Below, in pieces: positions 48,199-58,149 of a stretch of 64,000 nt of DNA; position 1 is the stretch's first letter, and each line of letters opens with the position of its first letter. The position numbers were made by a program, and so were the translations under genes. The notes below the pieces were generated by a model, which was not told the DNA's origin, did not search any database, and saw nothing but the letters and a program-made list of their open reading frames with translations. The DNA is from an uncultured bacterium. Lineage in GTDB: Bacteria > Patescibacteriota > Minisyncoccia > UBA6257 > GWB1-50-10. Location: contig CAVYJB010000001.1 of assembly GCA_963768835.1 (NCBI GenBank), positions 216,420 to 280,419 on the forward strand, written 5' to 3'.

Positions 48199-48465
48199 TT
48201 GGGGGAGGAATTTGGGCGCGCCATACGCGAAGTCCCGAGGCCAGCAGGCCGAGGGGCTGAGCACACCATCTCGGAGGGGGTCTAGCGGAGTGAAGTAGGA
48301 CTTTGGATTTTCTCCGGCGACATCCCGAAGCCCATATTTTTCAGATCAATCTCGACTTGCTACCCCATCACTCCGAGGGGTAGCGCATGATGGGGTAAGT
48401 GATGGGGTAAATCGGTCAGGAATTTTGCTTGAAATGCGTCCGAATTGTATGATACAAACACCACC
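48199..48465. repeat. inverted repeat B, right copy (ends CCACC)
   Basis: reverse complement of 45211..45478. Confidence 0.85.
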
Positions 48466-48510
48466 CGACACTGCTTATAAACCAACACCGCCCCCGAGGG
48501 CGGTGTTGCG

Positions 48511-49977
48511 CTATTTCACGTGATGCCTTTCCTTCATTTCCTCTTCCGCCCCCGCCTCGAACTCGTCTTTCTTCTCGCGGGCCTTGGAAGATAGCTTCTG
48601 GAGTTCCGCATCGGAGAGCATTCCAAGCTCCCGGGCTCGGGTTTCAAGATAAACCTTCTCGTTTCGTCTCGGATCGTCCAGCACGTCCTCGAGAAGGATA
48701 GAAAGAACGGCGCCTATTTTCGGTCCCGCCGGAATATTGAGCATCCGCATCACATCATCGCCCTTGACCGCAAGCATCTTCGGATGGATGGGGTCTCGGC
48801 GCACCTTATCGATCATGAACAGCAGGTGACGGAGTTTGTATGGGAAGGCCTTCGGGACGCCGGAGCCGATGCGATCAGCCTCGCGAACCTTCAAAAGATC
48901 GTCCACGTGCTCGGGGCCCACGCGCACCAGGAACCGCCGCACGCCGGCTTCGGTTACCTCCCCCACGTTGTAGTAGAAGAGATGGCAACGTACGAGATGA
49001 GTTACCTCTTCCACAATCTCTTTCGAGAAGCGCAACCGATCCAGTATTTTTGCAGTCATCCGTGCGCCCACCATCTCGTGGTTATAGAAAGTGGAGTCGG
49101 GTCCATCCCCGCCCTTCGTGCGGGGCTTCCCTACGTCATGCAGTAGCGATGCGAGCCGCACCACGAACGAGTAGTTCTTCTCGGCCGCGTAGTTCAAGGC
49201 CCGCACATTGTGATCGAAAACCGTGTAGATGTGGTGTTTGTTCTGGCCGCACCCGATGCCCTCGCGCAACTCGGGGACGATGAACTGGAGGAGTCCTAAC
49301 TCCTCAAGCAGCACGATTCCTTCCGCCGCGCGCGCCGTGAGTAACATCTTCGTAAATTCGTCTCGCACGCGCTCCTTTGCGATCATCTCAAGATGCGGGG
49401 CTCCTGCCTGGATGGCTTCCCGGGTCTTGGGCTCAATAGCAAAACCCAGCTCCACCGCGAAACGCACCGCCCGAAGAAGCCGCAGCGCGTCCTCCCCAAA
49501 CCGTGCGGCAGGGTCCCCCACCGTGCGGATGGTTTTCCCCTTGAGGTCTTCCCGGCCCCCATAGGGGTCGATGATGCTATCCGCTCTATCCCCCGCAAGA
49601 CTGAGGGCGAGGGCGTTCACGGTGAAGTCGCGACGCGCGAGATCCTCTTCGATGGTTTTCGCGAACTTTACTTCGTCAGGATGTCGCTGGTCCGTGTAGC
49701 GCCCCTCAATACGATAGGTGGTCACCTCGACGACTTTGAGTTTTGAGTCCTCGGACTCGGTCTTCACGCCCACCGTGCCGAAGGTGTTCTCGTAAACGGA
49801 ATCGGGGAAGAGCTTCTGGATTCCCTCCGGCTTCGCGTTCGTTGCCACATCCCAGTCCTTCGGGTCGCGTTTCAGGAGCAGGTCCCGTACGCACCCCCCC
49901 ACCGCATATGCCTCGAAACCGGCGCCCGTGAGCGCCTTCGCGATGGCCCGTACTTCCTTCGGAACCTTGAATTCCAC
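48511..49977 (-). CDS. cca: CCA-adding tRNA nucleotidyltransferase with HD domain
   Basis: N-terminal Pol-beta-like NT motif GGCVRDLLL...DWD, central HD domain, 488 aa. Confidence 0.9.
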   Translation of the reverse strand: MEFKVPKEVRAIAKALTGAGFEAYAVGGCVRDLLLKRDPKDWDVATNAKPEGIQKLFPDSVYENTFGTVGVKTESEDSKLKVVEVTTYRIEGRYTDQRHPDEVKFAKTIEEDLARRDFTVNALALSLAGDRADSIIDPYGGREDLKGKTIRTVGDPAARFGEDALRLLRAVRFAVELGFAIEPKTREAIQAGAPHLEMIAKERVRDEFTKMLLTARAAEGIVLLEELGLLQFIVPELREGIGCGQNKHHIYTVFDHNVRALNYAAEKNYSFVVRLASLLHDVGKPRTKGGDGPDSTFYNHEMVGARMTAKILDRLRFSKEIVEEVTHLVRCHLFYYNVGEVTEAGVRRFLVRVGPEHVDDLLKVREADRIGSGVPKAFPYKLRHLLFMIDKVRRDPIHPKMLAVKGDDVMRMLNIPAGPKIGAVLSILLEDVLDDPRRNEKVYLETRARELGMLSDAELQKLSSKAREKKDEFEAGAEEEMKERHHVK

Positions 49978-50093
49978 ATGTTCATTCTAACCGACTCTCC
50001 CCTAAATGGAAGTTTGCGACCAAAAGTTGACAGAGGGTCGTGCGCGCCCTACCCTGGGTGCAGATCATTGCAACTATAAGGAAGGGAATCGTC

Positions 50094-50483
50094 ATGGAAG
50101 AGATGGAGCATCTCACGAGGATTGTTGAAGTTCTACAGGAAGAGGTCAAGAAGGTCCGCGCAGGCCAAGGCATTTTAGTGGACATACGGAGATTTCTGGA
50201 TGCCACGGACCGCCTCGCCACGATGGCGATTGAATTTTCCGGCACCGTGACGGCCGTAGAGAAAGAAATCGCGGAACAAAAATCGCTCGCCGAGGACAAG
50301 ATCACGGAAGAGAAGGTAAGAACCCAGCATGAAGCCGGCAGCGTCATTGAACGTATCCTCCAGGAACAATCGGATCCCTCTCTCCGTCCTGCCCTTGAAG
50401 CGCTCAAGGACGCGCTCCGAAGGGGCAGCTACTACAAGGAACCAGACGAGCTTCTGTTCTTGGTCGGGAAGGAAATCGCCTGA
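50094..50483 (+). CDS. hypothetical coiled-coil protein
   Basis: ORF from 50040; likely start MEEMEHL at 50094. Confidence 0.45.
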   Translation: MEEMEHLTRIVEVLQEEVKKVRAGQGILVDIRRFLDATDRLATMAIEFSGTVTAVEKEIAEQKSLAEDKITEEKVRTQHEAGSVIERILQEQSDPSLRPALEALKDALRRGSYYKEPDELLFLVGKEIA

Positions 50484-50531
50484 CCGCCGCGGGGCTATCA
50501 CACGATTCATAAGCCGCCCCCGCGGCTTTTT

Positions 50532-52130
50532 TTATTCCCGCGAGCAGGATAGAATGCTTGAGAAGCGCCCGTAGCTCAACTGGATAGAGCATTTGCCTTC
50601 GAAGCAAAGGGTTCCAGGTTCGAGTCCTGGCGGGCGCACAAAGTGAGACGTTTCGCCGTCAAAGTCCCTGTTTAGCGAGAAGACAAGGGATAGTTCGGCG
50701 GTTCCAAATTTCCCGTCCGCAAAAGTTACTTTTTGCGGGAATACTAGGTTTTGGAACCTAACCTTGAGGGGGTACTTAAGCCGCCGCCACGTCTCGGATG
50801 AATTCCGGACGAACTGGAAGCAGTAATCGAGAGCCGCCTCCATGTTGAATTCCTCGATATGGTTTTCTCGCAAAAGGCGATGCTTCTCCGCAATTCGTTC
50901 GTTAATAATCGCTTTTTGTTCCGTAAATTCGTCGTCGGTGTATTTGCCCGCCCGGTGCAAATCAAACACCTTGAGCCGTTCCTGTTCTAGCTCTCCTATC
51001 TCCCGCCGGGTTCGTTCGCTAACCTCATTGAACTGCTTATAGTTCGTTTTCCATACGTCAAGGACCACAGCGCGAAATAGTTTTTCAAACCGCGCGGACG
51101 GGCTAATTTCCGTGAGATACTTGGCGAACTGGTCCTCAAACTCCTTTTGCGCGATGAACTTCGCCTCTGTGCATCCCTGAATATGGTGATGGTAATAGGC
51201 GTAGCGCTTGCCCTTGCGCCCCGTTGAGGTACTTCCTGTAAGCGCTCGCTTACACACGGGACAGTGAACGAAGCGCCGAAGGGGAAAGTCTGGGTTCGCT
51301 ACGTTGCGGACCAAAGGGCGCGCTCCGCCCTCGCGGACCAAGCGGCACTCCTCGAATACTTCTGGCGTCACTAAACTCTCGAACGTCCCATTGTTTCGTT
51401 CTCCAAATGCTTCAATGATGCCGCAATAGAGGGGGTTCTCTAGAACACGCTGAATAAACTGTTTCCTCGGTTTCTTGCCCGTCGTGGTCCGCAAACCGCG
51501 CTCAGCCATATACTCTGCTAACGATTCGTAACTGTGGGTTCCCTCGCGCCATTCGTCAAATATAAGCCGGTAAAGGTGCTTTGTTGCTTCAATGGGGGCG
51601 ATATTCGAGCCCTTTGCACCCCTTAGGGGCCGATAATAACCAGGTGGTTCTCTCCACTGCCAAATGCCCTTTCTAACATTTTCTAACATCCCGCTTTTAG
51701 AGCGCTCGGTACGCACGTTGTTATCGAACTCTGCAAAAACGGATAACATCCCCTCCATCGCCGCGCCTACTGGCGTGCTATCTATTGGTTCAGTTGTTGA
51801 GCAAAGCTCGGTGCCGTGTTTGTTGAGAATCGCACGGACCGTCGCGTGGTCATACTGCTTACGCGAGAAGCGGTCAATTTTGTAGACGATGAAATAATCT
51901 ACAGGGTGCCTTTTGTCCGAGCAAAACGCAATCGCTTTAAGGAATTCCGGTCTATTGGCGGTCTTCGCGGATTCTCCCCGATCCACAAACACCTTGAGTA
52001 ACTCGATACCGTTCCGGGCGGTGTACTCCCGAATGTTTTTCTCCTGCATTTCCAAGCTAGTGCCCTCCACTTGCTCTTTCGAGGAGACGCGGCAATACCC
52101 AATCCCAGTTTTCTTCTCTATGACGCTCAT
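50532..52130 (-). CDS. large serine recombinase (integrase); 3' end reads antisense through tRNA-Arg
   Basis: GYCRVSSKEQ catalytic Ser region, recombinase domain, zinc ribbon HCPVCKRALTG, coiled-coil; 532 aa. Confidence 0.85.
   Translation of the reverse strand: MSVIEKKTGIGYCRVSSKEQVEGTSLEMQEKNIREYTARNGIELLKVFVDRGESAKTANRPEFLKAIAFCSDKRHPVDYFIVYKIDRFSRKQYDHATVRAILNKHGTELCSTTEPIDSTPVGAAMEGMLSVFAEFDNNVRTERSKSGMLENVRKGIWQWREPPGYYRPLRGAKGSNIAPIEATKHLYRLIFDEWREGTHSYESLAEYMAERGLRTTTGKKPRKQFIQRVLENPLYCGIIEAFGERNNGTFESLVTPEVFEECRLVREGGARPLVRNVANPDFPLRRFVHCPVCKRALTGSTSTGRKGKRYAYYHHHIQGCTEAKFIAQKEFEDQFAKYLTEISPSARFEKLFRAVVLDVWKTNYKQFNEVSERTRREIGELEQERLKVFDLHRAGKYTDDEFTEQKAIINERIAEKHRLLRENHIEEFNMEAALDYCFQFVRNSSETWRRLKYPLKVRFQNLVFPQKVTFADGKFGTAELSLVFSLNRDFDGETSHFVRPPGLEPGTLCFEGKCSIQLSYGRFSSILSCSRE
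50565..50638 (+). tRNA. tRNA-Arg (anticodon TCG), no encoded CCA
   Basis: manual fold: acceptor GCGCCCG/CGGGCGC, D-arm GCTC-AACTGGATA-GAGC, anticodon arm TTTGC-CTTCGAA-GCAAA, T-arm CCAGG-TTCGAGT-CCTGG. Confidence 0.85.
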
Positions 52131-52414
52131 GGTGTAATTTTACCCTCGTCCTCTACACGATGTAAGCCCCAAGCGGGACTTTTGGAACCGCCCCCTATCC
52201 CTAAATATCCACCATTTTCCACCCAGTCATCGAACATAACACCCGCAAGCCCGTACAGTGCCCCCAATACGCGTTCCAATTCGTCGTCTGGGACGCTTTC
52301 TAGGCTTGGGTCTACCTTTCTAGCTTGGTCAACAGATAACATGGATTTCATAGGCACCCGCCAATCTACCAAAATCAACCATTTCCTACCGTTTACTACC
52401 GATAAAATCGGATG

Positions 52415-52855
52415 CTACATAACCTGCTCATCGGCCCATGTATGAGCCCTTTCACGCATATCTGTGATATTTTTTGCAACAAACATGAGAAACGCCGGAT
52501 TCTTAAAATAGCCGTTTAAGCCACCGACAATGACGACCTGTTTCTGTATCTCCTTGCACTCCCCGTAGGAGGCGGAAAACTCTTCATCTTGCTTTCTATA
52601 GCTCTCTAGGGTGTCAGCTGATACATTTATCGTCCGGGCAAAATCCCTAAAGAATGGAATCGCTTTCCGCTCGCTTAAATGATCGAGGCAATCCTCGAAA
52701 TAGCGGATCATTTCCTGTCCGAGCTCAGGCAAAGACTCTTTGGGGTAGGCGCGCGGCCTCCCTCCATTATTTCCAACTGCATATGTGTTTCCTTTTGGTG
52801 CTGGCATAAAAGAAAAACCCTCAAGAGAGGGCACAAAAACGCTTGCTTTGTGCAA
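52415..52855 (-). CDS. small-terminase-like DNA-binding protein (KGNxxAxGNxGGRP motif)
   Basis: probable start MPAPKGNTYAVGNNGGRPR at 52807; C-terminal FVAKN...W.DEQ resembles TerS tails. Confidence 0.5.
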   Translation of the reverse strand: MHKASVFVPSLEGFSFMPAPKGNTYAVGNNGGRPRAYPKESLPELGQEMIRYFEDCLDHLSERKAIPFFRDFARTINVSADTLESYRKQDEEFSASYGECKEIQKQVVIVGGLNGYFKNPAFLMFVAKNITDMRERAHTWADEQVM

Positions 52856-53244
52856 TCTCTTGAGGGTTTGCCACCGACAGCCTCTGCCGCTTACAAAAGT
52901 AAAGTTTTGTAAGGGCTAGGGAGGGCTCCCAACAGGCCAACTGCGGCTTTCGCCGCCGAGCTTGGGTTCATTTCCCTATGTTTTTCGTGTACCTCCTGTA
53001 ATGGTCAAGGCATTACACCTTCCATTAATGATTCTAGGTACCTTATCGCGCCCAACGTAATAGGTTTGGGAATTACGTTAAACTTGTCTCCGAAATGAGC
53101 TATCCAATCCTAGTACAAGTATAGCACGATTATTTGCGAAAATCAAATCGAGCTCGCCAAAAAATCGAGATTCCCTTAATTCTCTTATAAATTATATTAA
53201 AATATACCAATACTTCCGAATCTATGATTTCCCGGGTGTAAGTA

Positions 53245-55950
53245 TTAGAAAGCCCCATCAAATACCTTCTCGAATGCTGTTTCCTCATCGCGGTTGTAAA
53301 ACGGCAACCCTAAAACCCGATATTGATCCGTGTCTAATAGCGTCTTAACTAGACCTGCCACTTGAAGGTCTTTCAGAAAATTCTCTTTTGGCTTGTCCTC
53401 GGCCGACAAAAATTCACCTTTAGGCTCGATAAAAATCTGCCAAACACGATTTGCGCTCCGCTTACCGACTTTAGCTTTGCGTTGCACAAGACATAGAAGA
53501 TAGTCGGGCTGAAACGCTAGTCCTTCCTTAAAGGTGTAAAGCGTAATAACCCTCTCGTTTCGAATGAGATAAATCTCGCTGTAGCGCTTTTTTAATTTTT
53601 CAATGCGTCCATCGACAAATTTCACTAACCATTTTTCCTGATCTGTCCCAAAATCATCCTCATACACGTACCAATCACGCACATCAAGATTTAACCGCAG
53701 TGCTTGGTCTGTCGGCGGCACACGCACGCCATTCTTAGCCTCATATTCCCTACCGGACATAGAGCGTCCTCGCTCTTGTACTCCGGTCGGCATAGTCACC
53801 TGTATCTTTTTGTCGTTAATGAGCGTCGCTAGTTGTTGGGGTTTGAATTCCCTACTTCCGCGATATGTTGCTGTATGGGCAAGAATAGCGGTCTGTACTT
53901 CTCCTAAAATATGGACCAGTTGAATGAATACCTCGGAAGTCATCACCAAATCCCCGCCTTGCGGAATATGTATATCCACACGGATACGTCCGAGATATTT
54001 CGAGCCAGCAATAAATTCTTTGATGGAGGTGAGTTTGGGAAAATAGCGCCGGAGGTTGTCATAGTGGAAGAATGGCAACTTATCCATTGCTTTCCGTACA
54101 GCGTGCGCTGAGAGGTCGCCAAGCACCATACTAGTCGTCTTGTATTCGGGGTCCCTACCTCTGCCGTTCGTTTCGAATGCCGCTGTATCTCCGGAAAATC
54201 CCGATGCAACATGAATTTCAAGCGGCCTTCCTACCGCATCCGAAAATTTAGCAACCCCTATCCCAGTAGTTTCCTCCCGCGAATTCACAAAGACTCTTGC
54301 CCGACGGTAGAAGGGGGATTTTCGAAAATTACCCTTAAGCCGCAGGGGTAGTTCAACCGATTCATCAATCGCAAATCCTGTTTGTTTTAGAGCCTCTTTA
54401 AGTTCGCCAATATATCGGTGGTCCTCTTTGCTATGAAAATGCATCTGCTCCAGGGCCCGAAGCGGATTGCCTAAATCATTGTCGAACTTCCGTCGATCTA
54501 ACGGCTGACTGTCGTTCAATCGAAATGGCCAATATCGCGCTCCGCGCCCAATCAATTGAGCCTCGCGAATCGTGGCACGAATCCTACCCCTCTCGTCGTA
54601 AAGACGCACAATATCAAAGAGATTCAATACATCCCATCCCTCATTCAGAACCTCGACATCGAAAACTGCGCGAATTGGGTTGGTGGCATCTTCCAAATTT
54701 ACTAAGGTATTCAATAGTTTCGGATTGCGCCCAGTAATGGTGCCGTTAATAACCACACAGCGCTCGTGAGAAAACTCTGCCCTTAATATTCTCGCTAGCT
54801 GTGAATCAGAAATGTTGCTTTCTTCGTAAAACGTCAGGGCATCAAGCAGAATCCTGCTTTCAGATCGCCTCATCGCGATTTTCTTGAGCGCGGCAATATC
54901 TTTTGCTTCCAGGACATCAACCAATGCCCGGAATCGCTCGTAGTCATACTGTTGGGCATTAATGCGGTTAGATTTCAATAAAACCACGGGCTTAAGGGCT
55001 TTTTTGCGGCTTTCAGCAAGCTGTCGGCGGTATTCGGATATAACAAGTGCCTGGAGAATCCGCCCCTCAAGGCTTGCTTCTGAACGATGCAAAAACACAT
55101 CTTTTGAGTATCCGTCATTACGGAACTGTGGAAGGTCGTACTCAATAAGCACTCGTTCCGCATATTTCCGCGCGATGTTCTGATCGTTCCATCCAATGGT
55201 TGCTGTGAATTCTAGAAGCACGTTGTCCCGATGACTTTCAACAAGTTGTCGGATGGTCCATTCCCAAGAGGCCTCTAGCTCTCGTTCTTCCTGTTCACCG
55301 GCCCGAGTCAATGCATTAACGTGATGGGCCTCGTCAGAAATGAAAACCGTTTTCTCTCTTTTGAAGTCGTCCAAGGTAACGCTGTTTTCTTGAGAGTTGC
55401 GAATTCGGCTATGTAACCCGGCTAGCGTAGTGAAGATGATATTGATTGCATCAGGACTTCCAGATTCAAAGTTTTCTACCTCTCGAATCACAACCTCGTT
55501 CCCATGAATCACTACCGGGTCACGAAAAAGATATTTTGCGGATGATTTCTGTAAAAAATTATCCCTTGTTTTTAAGACAATGTTTGTCTTATCAACGAAA
55601 AATACAAAGTTACGGTAACCACGAGAATACAGATACAAAATCGCGCCCGCCATCACAACGGTCTTTCCACTGCCGGTCGCCATACTAAAGAGGAGTTCAG
55701 TGGGGCGTTTACGGTGGTCGTCCTTCTCAAGGTGGAAAACAAACCGAGAAAGAGCGGTTAGTTGGTACGGACGGAGGATGATCCCTGGCCGAAGATTTTC
55801 GGTAATGAGCCTCGGTATGGGGGTGACGCTACGCTCCTCAAGAACCTCATACCGCTGCGCTAGTCGTAGCGTGCTAGTGGTTGGCATAAAACGCTCGTGA
55901 ATGTTCTTTATCCTTTGCTGACACCTTGAATGTTGCGTCCTCCATGTCAC
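53245..55950 (-). CDS. res: Type III restriction endonuclease Res subunit (SF2 helicase-nuclease)
   Basis: helicase motif I ATGSGKT, DEAH box FISDEAHH, 901 aa, overlaps mod 3' end. Confidence 0.9.
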   Translation of the reverse strand: MTWRTQHSRCQQRIKNIHERFMPTTSTLRLAQRYEVLEERSVTPIPRLITENLRPGIILRPYQLTALSRFVFHLEKDDHRKRPTELLFSMATGSGKTVVMAGAILYLYSRGYRNFVFFVDKTNIVLKTRDNFLQKSSAKYLFRDPVVIHGNEVVIREVENFESGSPDAINIIFTTLAGLHSRIRNSQENSVTLDDFKREKTVFISDEAHHVNALTRAGEQEERELEASWEWTIRQLVESHRDNVLLEFTATIGWNDQNIARKYAERVLIEYDLPQFRNDGYSKDVFLHRSEASLEGRILQALVISEYRRQLAESRKKALKPVVLLKSNRINAQQYDYERFRALVDVLEAKDIAALKKIAMRRSESRILLDALTFYEESNISDSQLARILRAEFSHERCVVINGTITGRNPKLLNTLVNLEDATNPIRAVFDVEVLNEGWDVLNLFDIVRLYDERGRIRATIREAQLIGRGARYWPFRLNDSQPLDRRKFDNDLGNPLRALEQMHFHSKEDHRYIGELKEALKQTGFAIDESVELPLRLKGNFRKSPFYRRARVFVNSREETTGIGVAKFSDAVGRPLEIHVASGFSGDTAAFETNGRGRDPEYKTTSMVLGDLSAHAVRKAMDKLPFFHYDNLRRYFPKLTSIKEFIAGSKYLGRIRVDIHIPQGGDLVMTSEVFIQLVHILGEVQTAILAHTATYRGSREFKPQQLATLINDKKIQVTMPTGVQERGRSMSGREYEAKNGVRVPPTDQALRLNLDVRDWYVYEDDFGTDQEKWLVKFVDGRIEKLKKRYSEIYLIRNERVITLYTFKEGLAFQPDYLLCLVQRKAKVGKRSANRVWQIFIEPKGEFLSAEDKPKENFLKDLQVAGLVKTLLDTDQYRVLGLPFYNRDEETAFEKVFDGAF

Positions 55951-57673
55951 TGTAGTTCAGATATAGGTGGTTCATATCCAAACAATCAAGTAAGGCCTTT
56001 TTTTGGTGCAGGATGTCCAGCTTTTCAAACTTCTCTCTGCCGAACTTTTCCGGTCGCACAGGATAGCGGAAAAACGCTTCCTTCTGCATCTTTTTCCAAA
56101 TACTAAGTAAATCTTTTGTTGTTTTAGCATGTTCAATTTGTGTAACGTACCCAGCATTGAGTTGGTATAGTTCCATGTAAACAAAGCTACCACCTCCCCC
56201 CCAACCAACCTCCTGAGAAATTCCCGTCTGATCGCCCTTGATAATTTTTCTCAGTCTAGCGGTCGAATCGTTCTTGCTGTAATTGAGTTGCTCTATCCCG
56301 ATATAGCGACGTTTCATTTTGTGAGCTACCGCACAAGTCGTGCCACTGCCCAAATGATAATCCATCACTAAGTCGCCTTCGTTTGAGGCCATCTCTACAA
56401 TCCTTTTCAATAACTTTTCCGGCTTCTGAGTTAGAAATTCTTTGATTAGTTCAGTGTGATCTCTTTGGCTTTCTATGTAGGCTCGAGGATCTGCATAAAC
56501 TTGCCGAATATCAGTCCAAACAGTGGAAAGAGGGGTGCCCTTACTTTCATCAAGATACTGCTTAACCCAAATAGTCTTACCGTTTTTGTCGCGCCCGCGC
56601 ATTCTTTTTTGGTAACGCCTTCCATCCTCATCTACGTTTTTGAACCAGTCTTTTAGATACTTTTCTGAATACTCAATGTAGACCTTGTTTTGTTTTCGTT
56701 GAGTATAGTCTTTTGCATAATGCAGAATGTAATTGTGGATACCTACCGGCTTCGCTGTCGCGGCACGCCCACCGGAAGGTGAACCGTAGGACGAAACTAT
56801 CTCTTCAACAAAATTGTCTCTCCCAAAAACCTCATCGCACAGGACCTTGAGATAATGTGCTTCGTTGTCATCTATGTGAATAAAAATGTTTCCATCGCTC
56901 GATAAAAGATCACGAGCCACGCTTAGCCTATTCTTCATAAAAACCAACCAAGTAGAATGACTAAACTTGTCGTTGTACTTAAACTCATCCGAAGTGGTAT
57001 TAAAGGGTGGGTCTATGTATATCAGATTCACTTTTCCCCAGAAACGAGGCAAGAGCGAATATAGGGCCAAAAGATTATTGCCTCGAATGAGCAGGCTGTC
57101 ATTGGGACGAACGGTGTCAAGTGGCCACTTTCCTTTTTTATCAAAGCGCGTCCAGTTCGTGAGCACCTTCGGTTCGCGAAGTCGATCTACTTCGTCTGGC
57201 GCTAGTGTCGTGTTGTAAAAAATTTCCTCGCGCTTCTCGTCCGTTCTTTCCTGACCGCCCTCTAACACACAATCTTTATAGGGGAATGCTAGAACGACGT
57301 CGCGCGATTGCTTCAGTAAATCCCGGTCCGTCGTAGAAAGTCCAATATCGTTCCGAAATGCTGTGTACGAGCCGGGAAGAAAATCTGTCATTGCCACGAA
57401 GTCAATAAGTTTTTCTCGGAGCAGAACGGCTCCTACGCCAGGAACGGTTACAAAAAAATGTGCCCGTAAGACGGGCGCCGAGAATAACAACTTTACTAAT
57501 ATCGGATCAGCTCCGGCGGACAACTGTTCTAACTCCGTAATAAGCAACTGCGGCTTTTCGTCGTGGGACCACGATCGCTTATCTCTCCGCAGGACCGCAT
57601 CAAGAATAGCGCTTAGCTTCCCCCGTCCGCGACGACCACCGTCCTTCTTTTCCTCGTGTTTTTTGGTGGCCAT
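55874..57673 (-). CDS. mod: Type III DNA methyltransferase Mod subunit (N6-adenine)
   Basis: LIYIDPPF motif IV, SAM motif, 599 aa; 77-nt overlap with res typical of Type III systems. Confidence 0.9.
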   Translation of the reverse strand: MATKKHEEKKDGGRRGRGKLSAILDAVLRRDKRSWSHDEKPQLLITELEQLSAGADPILVKLLFSAPVLRAHFFVTVPGVGAVLLREKLIDFVAMTDFLPGSYTAFRNDIGLSTTDRDLLKQSRDVVLAFPYKDCVLEGGQERTDEKREEIFYNTTLAPDEVDRLREPKVLTNWTRFDKKGKWPLDTVRPNDSLLIRGNNLLALYSLLPRFWGKVNLIYIDPPFNTTSDEFKYNDKFSHSTWLVFMKNRLSVARDLLSSDGNIFIHIDDNEAHYLKVLCDEVFGRDNFVEEIVSSYGSPSGGRAATAKPVGIHNYILHYAKDYTQRKQNKVYIEYSEKYLKDWFKNVDEDGRRYQKRMRGRDKNGKTIWVKQYLDESKGTPLSTVWTDIRQVYADPRAYIESQRDHTELIKEFLTQKPEKLLKRIVEMASNEGDLVMDYHLGSGTTCAVAHKMKRRYIGIEQLNYSKNDSTARLRKIIKGDQTGISQEVGWGGGGSFVYMELYQLNAGYVTQIEHAKTTKDLLSIWKKMQKEAFFRYPVRPEKFGREKFEKLDILHQKKALLDCLDMNHLYLNYSDMEDATFKVSAKDKEHSRAFYANH

Positions 57674-57700
57674 GACTTATAAATCTTTAGCTCTTCATTG

Positions 57701-58141
57701 TTATTCTCTCAAGCTCTGCGGCCATATTATTTTCTGTACAATCCGGCGGGCAGGAATTACCCCCTCAATTCCGTGCTTCTTCGCAATTTCTAACGGGAGA
57801 TGGATAAGGATAGGAACAGGAAGTTGACGATCTGCTTCTGGGACCACAGCCTTATTCACGTAGTACCCGACCCGGTCAAGTATGTCCCGGCAGGCATTCA
57901 GTCTCACGCTCTCGCTCCGTGCCTTCTGCGAGAGGTGAAATACCATCGAGGCGACATCTCCCGCTCGTTCCTCCAAATACGCCCGAATGTTAGGTTTTGT
58001 TAGGTTCTCACTCCCCACAGAACGCGCTGTAGCCCTGTTCTGAGGCTTGTAGGCGCGGCTAGCGGCTTCTGTAGCGTTTCCCGTTTCAAGATAGGCGCTC
58101 GCAAATTTTCGCTGTTTTTTAGAGAGCCCCTCCATTTTCAA
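57701..58141 (-). CDS. terS: phage terminase small subunit (P27/Terminase_2 family)
   Basis: LSKKQRKFASAYLETGNATEAASRAY N-terminal signature. Confidence 0.8.
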   Translation of the reverse strand: MKMEGLSKKQRKFASAYLETGNATEAASRAYKPQNRATARSVGSENLTKPNIRAYLEERAGDVASMVFHLSQKARSESVRLNACRDILDRVGYYVNKAVVPEADRQLPVPILIHLPLEIAKKHGIEGVIPARRIVQKIIWPQSLRE

Positions 58142-58149
58142 GTTGTATT

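Larger units (their letters stand above)
43445..48465. mobile_element. tRNA-Ala-associated island: serine recombinase cassette plus IR-flanked AT-rich cargo
   Basis: tRNA 3' end at the junction, recombinase, two inverted-repeat pairs, GC drop in cargo. Confidence 0.7.

Noticed and set aside
50532-50640. C-terminal 36 aa of the tRNA-Arg recombinase ORF
   Set aside because: The ORF runs antisense through the whole tRNA-Arg gene. It is kept as called because no earlier stop exists, but the true C-terminus may be shorter.
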